From positions 41,480,001-41,544,000 of the forward strand of contig OZ076409.1 in the NCBI GenBank assembly GCA_964187785.1: a stretch of 64,000 bases of DNA, given 5' to 3'. Positions 50,621 to 63,857 of this stretch are shown here, piece after piece. A program made the position numbers and the translations under genes. Positions within the stretch are counted from its first letter, which is position 1, and every line of letters starts with the position of its first letter. Below the pieces are notes generated by a model, which saw nothing but the letters and a program-made list of their open reading frames with translations, made no database searches and was not told the origin of the DNA. The DNA comes from Amphiscolops sp. MND2022. Lineage: Eukaryota.

Positions 50621-52965
50621 ATGTCACTTATCAACGTTAGATCTGACTTCTTTGGTGCGAAATTAATTGCGCTGAAAAAACCCGTAAGAGGATTTTGTCC
50701 TATTGCTGTAGAACTTATTTTCTGCCAATTGTCCTCAAAATGTGCCCTATACTATGTTTTCGAATCACCTCCAGCAAGACACGTAGGTCCACAATTAGGT
50801 GTAGGCATCGTAAGGGCGCTAAAATTACCTCAAATGGTTTCAGTTGTCTGATTGAAAACTCCCAGCCCAAATGAAATTTAATCTTTAAAGTTGGCTCTAA
50901 GAACGCTTTCAATGCAAATAAACCAATGATTCATCTCGCGATAACCTTTGAAAAATACAGTGAAGTAAATATTTACTCACACTCAAAGTACAGTCAGCTA
51001 AGTTTTCTTTTTTACGGTAATTCGGTAATGCAATCTTCTGGAGAGACCAGCAATGAAAACTGGAAAAAACGCTGGGACTCAAAATTTAACCAACCAAGTG
51101 CAATTTTTTCCTTGAAAACTTCTTCCGACAAAATTGCATCTTTCCAAAAAATCAACCGCGAGATCAGCACGCCAACGAACGAAAGATGGACTCGTCATAC
51201 ATCGATCAGTCCGAAAGAGCAGGCAGACGTATGGGAAACGAAACCTGTTGAATTGGAAAACGTTTTGTAATTATTGAAAAACTTGACAAAATGCTTCAGT
51301 CTGCCAAAATTGCTGTACTTCTTGAGAACCAGAGCATCTTTTAATCATCTAGCTCTCTTGGAAAAGACAAAACGATACGCGACGGGCTTTCCAAAGTGTG
51401 TATTGTGAACTTTGCCAATACTTCGAGTACTCAGCTGGCTCTGATCGCTGAAATGTGTGGTCTTGGTGTTTCATCCGCATCATTTTTTTGCAATTCCGGC
51501 CCTTGTGGCCTCAGTTTTTTTTCTCATGACGTTTATCTCAAAAATCTTGGAAGACGCTTCGTTCACAAAAGCGCTTGAGAGATAGCTGAGTTTGACGAAT
51601 GAACAAGAAAGTCCTCTCGAATGAACCCAGAAAAATTGACCCAACCTGTCTATGTCGAAACTACTCCAGATTTATTTCCTTTTAAATGGATAACAAATGT
51701 TTGAATGTTTTCAACGCTCTTCACGGCAAATTCGGGTTTCAGTGGTTGAATGTTGTTCCTTGCAAGAACCTATTCCCTAAGCTTGATGATGAGCAGCTCC
51801 GGATTTCGATTGGTTCACGTCTCAGAGTCAACATCTGTGTTGCGCATATGTGCCACTGTGGGGAACAAACTACGATCTAAGGAATAAGATTGAAACGCAC
51901 TCCTGTAAGATCTGAAGAATTAAATTTCAATTGTCATTTTGTGTAACTAGGATCTGGAAATTGGCAGCTCCTAAATCGTAACTAACTGCGAAGTGTTGAA
52001 ACGTTTAAATTGTGCTTAGGATATGTCAGCATTTATCCCAGTGCCCCGCGGCCCCTTGGGGCCGCTTTTAATCCCAACTTGCTTAGCGATGTTGAACAGG
52101 AGAAAAGATCTAGCGGGAACGGACAACGCGAAGCGATCGTAGTTGGAGCCGGTCTTTGCGACGGTGAGGGCGAGCGTGCATACACAGCATATGCACCACG
52201 TTATGATTTTTTTGATTTCAGAAAGTCCATACGGGTTAAAAATCCCTTTTTGTATGATTTGATGGTCCAGTAAAAATGTCCTTTGATTTTTAAACCTTAC
52301 TTATGGTGCATGTTTGTGGGGTTTTGGTTCTTTAGATCACTGTTACAACAATTTCTTTGGATCTTGATCCTTAGACTTTAGTTACTGTCTACGTGCCACT
52401 GTGGTAAAAGATTTGAATGGAACGGTTTACACGGTCTTTTTTGCAGCAAGGGTGATGGTCACTTCTCACTTCTTTCTACTGTCAATTCTATCATGAAGCA
52501 GACGTAGGGATTTCTCGGCTTGCCCTCGGTGCTGGAGACGCGACGATTGATGGCAAATATACAGACGGTGTTACCATGATTCCTTGGGAATTGTGTAAAC
52601 AACTGGTGTGGGATGTCACGGTTGTGGATGCTCTTGCACCCAGTCGCCTGAATCAAGGCCCCTTATGCAACCCAGGAACAACCACCATCGAAGTTGAAGC
52701 ACGCAAAACTGAGAAGTATTGCGATTTGATAGACAATGGATACATTTTTCAACCAGTGGCCAAAGAAGTATTGTGTTCTTGAGGTGAGAGCAAAGAACAT
52801 TTCATTACGCGCCTATTTGAAATGCTGTCGTTTGCACACGACGATCAACGAGCTGGCAGCTTTTTGAAGCAGCGGATCTCCACGGTTCTTCAGATCTGCA
52901 ATGGGGCCTCTGTTTTAGGAAATGTGAGCGACAGCGATGCGTTTGAAGAAGTTTGTTACATTTAG
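50621..52965 (+). mobile_element. Decayed CRE-like non-LTR retrotransposon (RT + zinc finger + restriction-like endonuclease)
   Basis: FFGAKLIALKK..RGFCPIAV, QLGVG, KNAFN, GLGVSSA, WLNVVP...LRISIG.RL...CHCG, HGLFC, TDG..IPW...LVWDVTVVD, EARKTEKY, FQPVA.E, FLKQRIS..LQ..N. Confidence 0.82.
51860..52392. mobile_element. MITE-like insertion in the CRE-like element with 10-12-bp target duplication (Mutator-like)
   Basis: GTGCCACTGT(GG) at 51850 and 52393; imperfect TIRs AACTACGATCTAAGGA / TCCTTAGACTTTAGTT; AGATCT-rich arms. Confidence 0.68.
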
Positions 52966-53131
52966 TAATTCTCATTTTCAAACATGTGTTTCCTAGCGGC
53001 CTTTTTAAACATGATTCTACCGGTCGACTGGAATCGTGGCTGATATGAGTAGTTTGCTAGTTCTTTTTGTTGCTACTCGTCTACCCTGGTTAGTGGTTGA
53101 TATGGGGTTCCTTCCTTTCGTTGCAGACGAC

Positions 53132-55654
53132 GGGTTTATGTCTTCCCCCAACTTGATGACGAGCATGGAACTTGATTGAAGACGAAGATCCATGATACGG
53201 AAAAGAAGCGAAATTCTGGCCATTATTTGTCTCAAGAAAAGATTTGTTTGAATATCATTGTTTGGCGCTTCAATGGCTCAATATCATTATTCAACATAAT
53301 AGCTGGCCGTCATTATTGGCTTTTTTTTTTCAATGTATTGAAAACCCTGACTTGTGTGACAAGATTGACCGTATAGAACTAATGACATGTAGAGGAAGGT
53401 TTTGAAAATCAACCAATTCCTAATGTGTGAAGTATGACAAAATTACTGTACATGTGGTAAACATCACTTATAAAATTGGGGGCTCAATTCGAAATCAATG
53501 ATAAGAACTGTAGAGAGGACTACTGGCGACGCTCTCTCTGTTAAACTAAATCCTTCCGAAAGTTTCGACAAGGTGACTGAGAAATATTTGCACCGTAATA
53601 CCAACAAAGCAGAGCTTTTCAACAAGTACTTTGTCTCTATCGGGTCCTCTAATCATGCAAGTGGAGTTTGGGGATATCACTTTTCATATCGATGAACTTG
53701 ATATTAGCAAATATCTGCTTTGGCTCAAAATCCGTAAAAGCCGTGGAGCCAATGGGTTTTTCCCAGCCTTTTTACGGGCGAGGGGAATAGAGATAACGCG
53801 GTACATGAACATAAAACGACTATCTAACTTCCCGCCTGGAAAGAAAGGAAATTGTTCGACCAATCCACATAGAAAGTGAAAGAATATTGTTGAAAACTAT
53901 CGTCCAGTGACACCTTTGAGCATAGTTTGAAATTTTTTTGAAAGCATATTCTTTCTGACAGTTCAACGAACAATCTTGATTTGCGTTAGCAAGTTTCAGT
54001 ACGGGTGTTACCCAGGAAATCTGTTGTCCGTAAGCTAACTAGAAGTTGCTTAAGAATATATGGAACCAAAAACACTGCCGGCCATGTAAATTTGCTAACT
54101 CTAATCGATTCCTCCGAAGCATTTGATGAAATTACGCACAATTTTGTACTCAAGAAACTGATACAACTCGGTGTTAGTGAGCCATTTCCCTACTTGCTCC
54201 AAGACTACCTAACTGGCCGAACTAAAAGGGTAAAGATCAACAACACTCTTTTAGACAACATGCTCATCACGTCGGGCGAGCATCAAGGTTCAATTCTGAC
54301 ACCACTCTTTTTCTTGATATACATAAACGATCTACAGAGTGTTGTGTTTTCCTCGGTGGCATCACTATTTGCTGATGACTTGAAATTGATCAAGGGTTTA
54401 TGTCTTCCCCCAACTTGATGACGAGCATGGAACTTGATTGAAGACGAAGATCCATGATACGGAAAAGAAGCGAAATTCTGGCCATTATTTGTCTCAAGAA
54501 AAGATTTGTTTGAATATCATTGTTTGGCGCTTCAATGGCTCAATATCATTATTCAACATAATAGCTGGCCGTCATTATTGGCTTATTTTTTCAATGTATT
54601 GAAAACCCTGACTTGTGTGACAAGATTGACCGTATAGAACTAATGACATGTAGAGGAAGGTTTTGAAAATCAACCAATTCCTAATGTGTGAAGTATGACA
54701 AAATTACTGTACATGTGGTAAACATCACTTATAAAATTGGGGGCTCAATTCGAAATCAATGATAAGAACTGTAGAGAGGACTACTGGCGACGCTCTCTCT
54801 GTTAAACTAAATCCTTCCGAAAGTTTCGACAAGGTGACTGAGAAATATTTGCACCGTAATACCAACAAAGCAGAGCTTTTCAACAAGTACTTTGTCTCTA
54901 TCGGGTCCTCTAATCATGCAAGTGGAGTTTGGGGATATCACTTTTCATATCGATGAACTTGATATTAGCAAATATCTGCTTTGGCTCAAAATCCGTAAAA
55001 GCCGTGGAGCCAATGGGTTTTTCCCAGCCTTTTTACGGGCGAGGGGAATAGAGATAACGCGGTACATGAACATAAAACGACTATCTAACTTCCCGCCTGG
55101 AAAGAAAGGAAATTGTTCGACCAATCCACATAGAAAGTGAAAGAATATTGTTGAAAACTATCGTCCAGTGACACCTTTGAGCATAGTTTGAAATTTTTTT
55201 GAAAGCATATTCTTTCTGACAGTTCAACGAACAATCTTGATTTGCGTTAGCAAGTTTCAGTACGGGTGTTACCCAGGAAATCTGTTGTCCGTAAGCTAAC
55301 TAGAAGTTGCTTAAGAATATATGGAACCAAAAACACTGCCGGCCATGTAAATTTGCTAACTCTAATCGATTCCTCCGAAGCATTTGATGAAATTACGCAC
55401 AATTTTGTACTCAAGAAACTGATACAACTCGGTGTTAGTGAGCCATTTCCCTACTTGCTCCAAGACTACCTAACTGGCCGAACTAAAAGGGTAAAGATCA
55501 ACAACACTCTTTTAGACAACATGCTCATCACGTCGGGCGAGCATCAAGGTTCAATTCTGACACCACTCTTTTTCTTGATATACATAAACGATCTACAGAG
55601 TGTTGTGTTTTCCTCGGTGGCATCACTATTTGCTGATGACTTGAAATTGATCAA
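53132..55654. repeat. Near-identical tandem duplication of ~1,261 bp
   Basis: 53132-54393 is repeated at 54394-55654; identical ORFs are offset by 1261. Confidence 0.97.
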
Positions 55655-56200
55655 CGGTGGTAGTCCAGAGCATTTGAAACGTTTGCAAAGTGACATTGAT
55701 AGTTTACACTTCTGGAGTACACCAACCTGTCTCTTGTATAATGCCAAGAAGTGCTCTGCGATCGAATTCGTGCCTGGAAAAAACCCAAAAAAAAACAAAA
55801 GTTCCCTTTCTGCTCGAAGTTCAATTCCTGGAGCGCAAAACGTCCTCCAAAGTTGTAAAGCACATCTTCAATGAATCATTCATTTGGAATGAACAAGTGG
55901 AATATCGTAGATCAAAAGCCTTTAATCGTTTGTTTCGTTTGAAACGGAACACCCTTCAGTCACTCATCATAACTGCGAAAGTACTCCTTTACAGAGCTAT
56001 CACAAACCTCATACTGTTGTTTGGTTCTGAATATTGGGAATTGAAAAAGACTGAGCACAATTCGTTCAAAAATTTCAACGCCGAAGCCCTCAAATGGACC
56101 TATGGTAACATGAACTATATTGACTCAGTATTTTCGACGAACTTATTACCACCATTTTCTACAAGGCTCTTAAGGATTAACGGCTACTGTACAGTTGACC
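53590..56200 (+). mobile_element. CR1/L2-like LINE ORF2 relic, partly duplicated; 3' part resumes at ~58254-58640
   Basis: KAELFNKYFVS, KSRGANG, ENYRPVT, IDSSEAFDEITH, SGEHQGSILTPLFFLIYINDL, LFADDLK, LQSDIDSL..W, NAKKC. Confidence 0.88.
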
Positions 56201-56204
56201 TCCA

Positions 56205-58251
56205 GTCAGATACTCCAGGTATTATTGAGACTCTCGGTGTATTTGTCATTGAAATACCACCCGAGGTAGCCCAGGAATCGGTGTTTTAGACCTTGAAGAA
56301 ATTTGAAAATGACTGATTTGGGAAGTCTGTTTATGAGTGCACCAGTCCTGTAGAAGAAGCTGTTTCGACAAAATTTCTTTTTGGGTTTCTTGTTATCAAA
56401 CCTTAAACAGTCACTCGATCTCAGCAATCGTTGAGAGTCCCTCAAACGAAGAAAATCATTAAAGTTATAATCATAATGCTTAAATGCTCGCTTAGAAACT
56501 TCGATATTGTCAGTAGATCTTGGAGTTAGAGATAGAAAGCAATAGGAAAAATTTGGTATTTTTTCAATATGTCTAGATATTTTTGGACTCCATTGATTCA
56601 TCTCAGACTGTCTTTGTGGATTTTTTCAAGAGTTTTGCAACATTGAAAATTCGGGTACCATACGTTACTACCGTAGATCAAAATGGACATTATCATGGAT
56701 TTGTAAACACTTAGCCTAGCTGAAGGAGTTAATATTGGAGAGCTTCGCTTGACCATCCATTTGTTGCTTTAGTAACTGCTTTGTTATTGTGTTCGTACCA
56801 TTTTAGATCGTCAGATAATACTACACCAAGGTCTTTCTGAAGCAAGCTCGTTTTAATTAGTTGACCTGAAAAATATAAGAGATTGTCTTGTGGTCGAATT
56901 TACATGCGTGAGCACTTGCCGAGTCTTAGGGGTAAGTTTTGGTTTTCACTCCATCTTTTGTTGGGAAAGATCAAGTTGAAATTTAAGACCAAGTGCTCCA
57001 ATGTGTAAGAATTTTGCATTTTGTAGAGGGATATAATAATGATAAGTTCCAGGCAAGTCAATAATTTATATTAGGGAGAGAAGACTAGAGAAAATGAAGC
57101 CTTGAGGGACACCACTTATTACGTTGACGTAGTCTGAATAGTGACCGTTGTCTCGGACTCTTTGTTGACGATTGGTTAAACATGATTTCAGGAGAATTAG
57201 CAGTTTGCCTGAAAATCTGTATTCGTGGAGTTTTCGCAACAGTAGGCCGTGATCAACAAGTTCGGTCGAAAGCTTTCGCGTAGTCTGTTTATACCAATTT
57301 GACTTGCTTATCTTCCTCCAGTGATTTATAAATAGTCTCGAGGGTACCAGAAGCTGAAAATTACAAGAAAGCCGCTTTCTAAATCCGAATTGTGGAGAAA
57401 TAAGCGTCGGTTCGAAGTGTTTATATGGATCCACGTAGATACGTCTTTCAAGACTTTTTGAAGCAGTTGTTGGGTGTGATAATTGTCTGTAGTTTTCGAC
57501 ATCATATTTGTAGTCTTTTTTGAAAGTTGGAGATACTGTTGATACTTTCAACATGTTTGGGAATACACCTGTTTGGTGTATTGAGTAAAAAAAATTGAGT
57601 TAAGGAATTGCTAAACGTTCTGGCACACTTTTTGAACACAATTGGTGGGATTTCGTCAGACCGAGAAGCCTTTGTTGTATCAAGACCTTCAGCGATACAT
57701 TCAATCGTGTTGATAGATGTGTCAAATTCTTCCAAAATCGGGAGAATTGAAACAATTGAGATGGGTTGGAAGTCACTATGTTCGACGAAAACTGACGCAA
57801 AGACTTCATAGTCAGATTTGTCGTCTTGCAGCATTTTTTGATATAACGTTCGAAGTTTTTCGACTTCGGAAAAGTTAGGTTTCTCGGATAGTTTTGCCTA
57901 TTCTAGGTACTTAAAAATTTTAGACGTGGCAGGTTCGTCCCAGGAAGATAAACTGCTATGATGTGCGGTACGTTTTAGACAGTTCTCGCTAGAATATCTT
58001 TCAAACAGTCCCACTACTGCTCAAGAAGTACTTAAACATTGCTCCAACAAATACCGTTGAATGGTTTGTCTGCGATTAATTCGTGCATCACTTCGTTGTT
58101 GGCTCGAAACTAACTGAGGCCTAAATTAGGTAAATTAGTTTGTAGACAGTTGTTGAGAAAATTCCGGATGCCTATCTTTAAGTTTATTCCTTTATGGTTG
58201 GAAAGAAGGTAGATTTCAGCATTAGTTGGATTACAGGAAATGACTTCGATG
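56205..58251 (-). mobile_element. Internal duplicate of the LINE segment 59733-61772
   Basis: Colinear, moderately diverged copy lacking both LINE ends; SGVPQG, ENYR and QFGF motifs present. Confidence 0.88.
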
Positions 58252-59011
58252 GACCTCAAAAAGACCTCATGGTAACATGAACTATATTGACTCAATGTTT
58301 TCGACAAACTTATTACCACCACTTTTTACAAGGTTCTCAAGGATTAACGGCTACTATACAGTTGATCTTACCGAGCACTATGAAATCAAGCGTGCAAGAA
58401 AACAGACAAGAATTTTTTACAGACAGTCGTTTACGAAACATAACGCAAAACTTTCTGGTACTGAACTGGATTAAGAATCAGTATAATACAGAACAACCTT
58501 GACCTCTTCAACCAACTAATCCTGAAACAGAGATTGTTTATTCTGATGAATTATCCTAAATAGTATTGGGCAGACAACAATCAATGTTCGCAACTTTCAA
58601 AAAATGACTCATTGGTAAAAGATGATTAAACATCTCAGAACGTATCGTTACGTGTTTTATGCCATCCCTAGCATTGACGGTTTCTATTATCTTCAATATT
58701 CTGCGATTTATTGCTTGAATGACTCAAATTAAAGATTGTATTTTGTAACTGTAGTTTTTTCTGAGTTAGCAGGATGGTCCGCTGAAATGAATAAAACAAA
58801 AGTCCGTGAGTAATACAACTGAGCATCGGCAAGATCAATCCGTGTACTTGCAATTTTGTGTGTTTATTCGAACCATGTTGTGCTAACCCCTTGATTTAAT
58901 TACGGATGCTTCTCCCTGTGGCATGTCAACGAAGCCCTAATAATATCAAGATGCTCGCTAAGCACCGGGATAAATTCCTCCCTTTTCGCCTTCATCACTT
59001 GACCCATAGCT

Positions 59012-59256
59012 TTTTAGGGAGGGGTATAGGATCTAAATAAAAAGATCTGAAACTTAGTGATTTTAGATCTTATTCCCTTTAGATCTTATTCCCGTCCTGA
59101 AATTTTAGATCTAAGTCCCTTTGGATCTTAATCGCATTTTTACTTTAGATCTTGTTTCCATCAGATTTTATACTCGTCCGGAATTTTTAGATCTTGTTCC
59201 CTTTGGATCTTATTCCCTTTTTTGCCTTTGGATCTTATTCCCCCCTTCTTCTAAAA
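59012..59256. mobile_element. Small MITE-like element with (A/G)GATCT repeats
   Basis: Imperfect TIRs GGGAGGGGTATAGGATCT / GGATCTTATTCCCCCC; repeated TTAGATCTTATTCCC. Confidence 0.55.
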
Positions 59257-59429
59257 TAGTCGAGTAACTAAATAGTCAAGTGATGGAGCGTGGATATTTG
59301 GCAGAGTTTGGAGAAAAACGCAACACAGTTGATTATTTTCCTCCCCATTGAAAATGTGGGTCGGAAAATAATAAAAAATAGGAATACTTGTAATGGGATA
59401 ACGGTTTATACCATTTCACTCCTTGAAGA

Positions 59430-62400
59430 AAAACATTTCATTTGTTTTCTTACTGTGCCTAATTTTTTTGTAACACTGTACTTTTGTGTTTTCCGAAAAT
59501 GCATGTATTTGCGATAAGGTTCACTGTAGAGTTCCACACATAGATCTTCGGTTGCACTCAATAAATCAATTTTGGAAACGACTCTTGAACACAGGCAGGT
59601 AGATACTGGTGATCTGCAGGCCACAAAAGCCTCTGTCGATTAGTTTTTCAGTTGTAGGTAGGTATGTAGGTTTGAAGGCAATATGGTTTAGGCCATCACG
59701 GCCAGGGATTTCCTCCCCTGCAAAATTCGTTGGTCAGATACTCCAGGTTTTACTGAGAATCTCATTGTATTTGTTGTTGAAATACTTCCAAAAGTAGCCC
59801 ATTAATCGTTGTTTTAGCCCTTGAAGAATTTTGAAACTGACTGATTTGAAAGGCTGTTTATGAATGCACCAGTCCCGTAGGAGAAGCTGCCTCGACATAA
59901 TTTCTTCTTGGGTTTTCTGTTATCAAACCTTAAACAGTTACTTGATCTCAGCAATCATTGAGAGTCCCTCAAACGAAGAAAATCATTAAAGTTATAACCA
60001 TAATGCTCGCTTAGAAACTTCGATATTGTCAGTAGATCTTGGAGTTGGAGATATAATGTAATTGGGAAAATTTGGCATTTTTTCAAATTATCTAGATAAT
60101 CAATCTAGTCTCCATTGATCAATCTCAGACTGTCTTTGTGGATTTTTTCAAGAGTATTGCAACATTGAAAATTCGGGTACCATACGTTACTGCCGTAGAT
60201 CAAAATGGACATTATCATAGATTTGTAAACATTTAGCCTAGTTGAAGATGTTAATATTGGTGAGCTTCGCTTGACCATCCAGCGCTCATTTGTTGCTTTA
60301 GTAACTGCATTGTTATTGTATTCGTACCATTTCAGATCGTCAGATAATACTACACCAATCTCTTTCTGAAGCAAGCTCGTTTTAATTGGTTGACCTGAAA
60401 AGTATAGGAGATTGTCTTGTGGTGGAATTTACATGCGTGAGCACTTGCCATGTCTTAGGGGTAAGTTTTGGTTTTCACTCCATCTTTTGTTGATAAAGAT
60501 CAAGTTGAAATTTAAGACCAGGTGTTCCAATGTGTAAGAATTTTGCATCATCGGTATTTTGTAGAGGGATATAATAGTGATAAGTTCCAGGCAAGTCAAT
60601 AATTTATATTAGGGAGAGTAAACTAGAGAAAATGAAGCCTTGAGGGACACCACTTATTACGTTGACGTAATCTTAATAGTGACCGTTGTCTCGGACTCTT
60701 TGTTGACGATTGGTTAAAAATGAGTTCAGGAGAATTAGCAGTTTGACTGGAGTTTTCGCAGCAGTAGGCCGTGATCAACATGTTCGGTCGAAGGCTTTCG
60801 CGTAGTCGGTTTATACCATATTGACTTGTTTATCTTCCTCCAGTGAATTATAGATAGTCTCGAGGGTAACCAGAAGCTGAAAAATACAAGAAAACCGCTT
60901 TCCAAACCCGAATTGGGGAGGAATAAGTATCGGTTCGAAGTGTTTATATAGGTCCACATAAATGCATCTCTCAAGACTCTTTGAAACAGTTGTCAGGTGT
61001 GATACTTGTCTGTAGTTTTCGACATCATATTTGCAGTCTATTTTGAAAGTTGGAGATACTGTTGATACTTTCAAAATATTTTGGAATAAACCTTTTTGCT
61101 GTATTCAGTAGAACATTTGAGTTAAGGATTCGCTAAACGTTCTGGCACAATTTTTGAACACATTTGCTGGGATTTTGTCAGGCCCAGAAGCCTTTGTTAT
61201 ATCAAGACTTTCAGCGATACATTCAATTGTTCTGATAGATTCGTCAAATTCTTCAAAAATCGGGAGAATTGAAACAATTGAGGTGGGTTTGAAGTCACTA
61301 TTTTCGACGGAAACTGATGCAAAGACTTCATAGTCAGATTTGTCGTCTTCCAGCATTTTTTCGTGTAACGTTCAAAGTTTTTCGACTTTGGAAAATTTAG
61401 GTTTCTTGGATAGTTTTGCACATTCGAGTTTTTTAAAAATATTAGACGTGGCAGGTTCGTCCCAGGAAGATAAACTGCTAAGATGTGCGGTACGTTTTAG
61501 ACAGTTCTCGCTAGAATATCTTTCAAACAGTCCCACCACTGCTCAAGAAGTACTTAAACATTGCTCCAACAAATACCGGCGAATGGTTTGTCTGCGAATA
61601 ATTCGTGCATCATTTCGTTGTGGGCTCGAAAATAACGGAGACTTAAATTAGAAATTTAGTTCGTAGACAGTTGTTGGAAAACTTCCGGATGCGTATCTTT
61701 ATGTTTATTCCTTTATGGTTGAAAAGAGGGTTGATTTTAGCATTAGATGGTTTACAGGAAATGACTTCGATGTTGTAATTCACCAAATTTAAATCGAATA
61801 TTACTGATGCCGCTGTTAGGAAGTCAAAAAATTGATTCATAGCGTGACCTTCTAATTAATCGGGAAGAAGTTGATCGTGAGCATTGTTTGGCAGTTGCTT
61901 GTCTCAGTCATTTTCTTGCATTTTTATATCACCGCAAATTAAAACGAAAATTTTGATCATTTTATCTGCTTCGATGAAATAAAGACTGACCTATGGGGGG
62001 TTATGGAAACATACAAGCAGGAGCTTTTCATTATCATTATTCAAGGTACTTGCTATTACTGATACTTTCGGAGCACTAGTTATCATTAGTAGCAGGGATT
62101 GCAATTTCAAAAGCAATTGAATGCATGCAATTGCAATTCATTGCGACTTTGAGGGATGCAATTCAATTAGCAGTCATCAAAAACACTGAGGACAATTTGC
62201 AATTACCAATTAGTGCCACATTTTGCGCAATTTTGAAATTTTCCAGGGTGCTCCTCACCTCAAAAAATCGATTTTGGTTATAACCTTGAATAAGAACGAG
62301 AAGATTTTTTAAATTTGTATTTTTACTTTTGAATACAATCCACTGGGGTTCATGACCTTCAGTGAATTTGTTAAGCGAAGCTGTCCCGACGACGAAATTG

Positions 62401-63350
62401 ATATCTCACAAGCTGCTTTTTCACAAGATTTATTGTCAATTTCTGATATTCTGATAGATACTAAAAACCAATTGCAATTGCAATTTTAAAATATAAAATT
62501 GTGCAATCGCAATTAGCAATTATTTCTTTCTCATACAAGTTCAAGTATCACATTTTGCATTTAATTGCAATCCCTGACTAGTAGGGTATGACTAGTATCG
62601 AAATGAGATTTCGTAGCAATTAAGACACCTCCATTATTGCTGATAGTTAACACCTCTATGTTGGTTAATTTGGTTAGCAGCTTTCCACTCTGATCTAGGG
62701 ACAGAATAGTTTGGTAAAAACAGATCATTGTAGGAAATTTCTTCAATTTCAACGCCAAGTCTCACATATAAGGACTATGTCAAGTTTTTGCCGAGTTGAT
62801 TAGGTTGGCAAAGTCCATTCGTTTCTTAACGTAGATTTTTCTCTGACTATTCAGCAATAGAAGGTTGAAACATTCACTTTTATCGATGTTCGTTTGATGT
62901 AGTCATTCAGAAATGTTCACTTCTACTCGATTGTGGTAAAAATTTAAATTACTAACTTTCAGGCTGTCTCCTGAGTACTTTTTTTCGATAGTCAGTTTCC
63001 AGCTCAGGCATAGGCATTTCCTTCCGAGTTCTTGTTCATCGAGTGTGCGATTTCCCAACATGAATTTTACAATTGTTTGCTTTATTGTTTTCGTTCATTG
63101 TGTGTGCTCTGGACAAGATTTTTCGTACTGCCCACGATTTAGTAAGACTCAACAGAAGCGGACTCGGTCTTTGATCAATTTTACCTGCTTTCCACTTTCC
63201 CAGTCTACGAACATCTGAGACACAAGAACGGATCTCGCAAAGGTGATTCAAAACCTTTTCAACTTTAATTTTATCGTCTTCCATCGTTTGAAGAAGGCCG
63301 ACTTTATCAAATTTGTCTTTTGAATGATAATCACTGATTGGCTTGCAACA
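59430..63350 (-). mobile_element. Near full-length decayed CR1/L2-like LINE (ORF1 C-terminus, APE endonuclease, RT)
   Basis: ORF1-type VRRLGK...RPSPLLLSL. APE GGVLIA, FHNPP, ICGD, FDLNL, NHKGI. RT KASGPDKIP, ENYRQVS, QFGF, SGVPQG, IGVVLSDDLKW. Confidence 0.87.
62093..62576. mobile_element. hAT-type MITE (484 bp) inserted in the LINE endonuclease
   Basis: 14-bp TIRs CAGGGATTGCAATT / AATTGCAATCCCTG; 8-bp TSD ATTAGTAG / ACTAGTAG; GCAATT-rich arms. Confidence 0.88.
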
Positions 63351-63352
63351 AC

Positions 63353-63857
63353 AGCGTCGAATTTTGGCACGTCGAATTCCTAATGTCGAATCATTAGAGT
63401 CGAAGAACAACGTCGAATCATTAGAGTCGAAGAACAACGTCGAATCTAGTGGAACAAGCAATGTCGAAATTTTCTCGAAATTAGGTCGAATTTCAGACGA
63501 AATATTCCTATTTGTTTCTGATTAAAATGGTTGATAATACCGCTGCTAATGACACCAAACAAGCCTTTTCCCACCTGATATGAGGTCATATACGGTGTAT
63601 ACACGCTCGCCCTCACCGTCGCAAAGACCAGCTCCAACGACAATAGCTTCGCGATCTCCGCTAGGTCTTTGCTCCTGTTCGACCTGGCTCAGCAAGATGG
63701 GATAAGCGGCCCCAAAGGGCCGCGGAACACTAGAGGAAATGGGGGCGCATCCGAGGGCCAAAAACCTTGTTATTTGCGACGCAAATGTATTTTTGGCGAT
63801 TTACAAGCATCGACACAGTCACTTCGACAAAAGTCTTTCGACAAGGGGACTTCGACC
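63353..63857. repeat. MITE-like element with GTCGAA (left) and TTCGAC (right) repeat arms and a GC-rich core
   Basis: 27-bp tandem GTCGAATCATTAGAGTCGAAGAACAAC on the left, inverted TTCGAC motifs on the right. Core 63585-63761 is homologous to 52010-52200. Confidence 0.5.

Noticed and set aside
52010..52273. Shared peptide AIVVGAGLC as a Rossmann-fold gene (also 63546-63761)
   Set aside because: Short, non-ATG starts, no downstream domain; similarity is explained at nucleotide level within repeats.
63665..63692. CCAGGTCGAACAGGAGCA as SRP RNA helix 8
   Set aside because: No GNRA tetraloop, not retained in the second copy, and no Alu domain.
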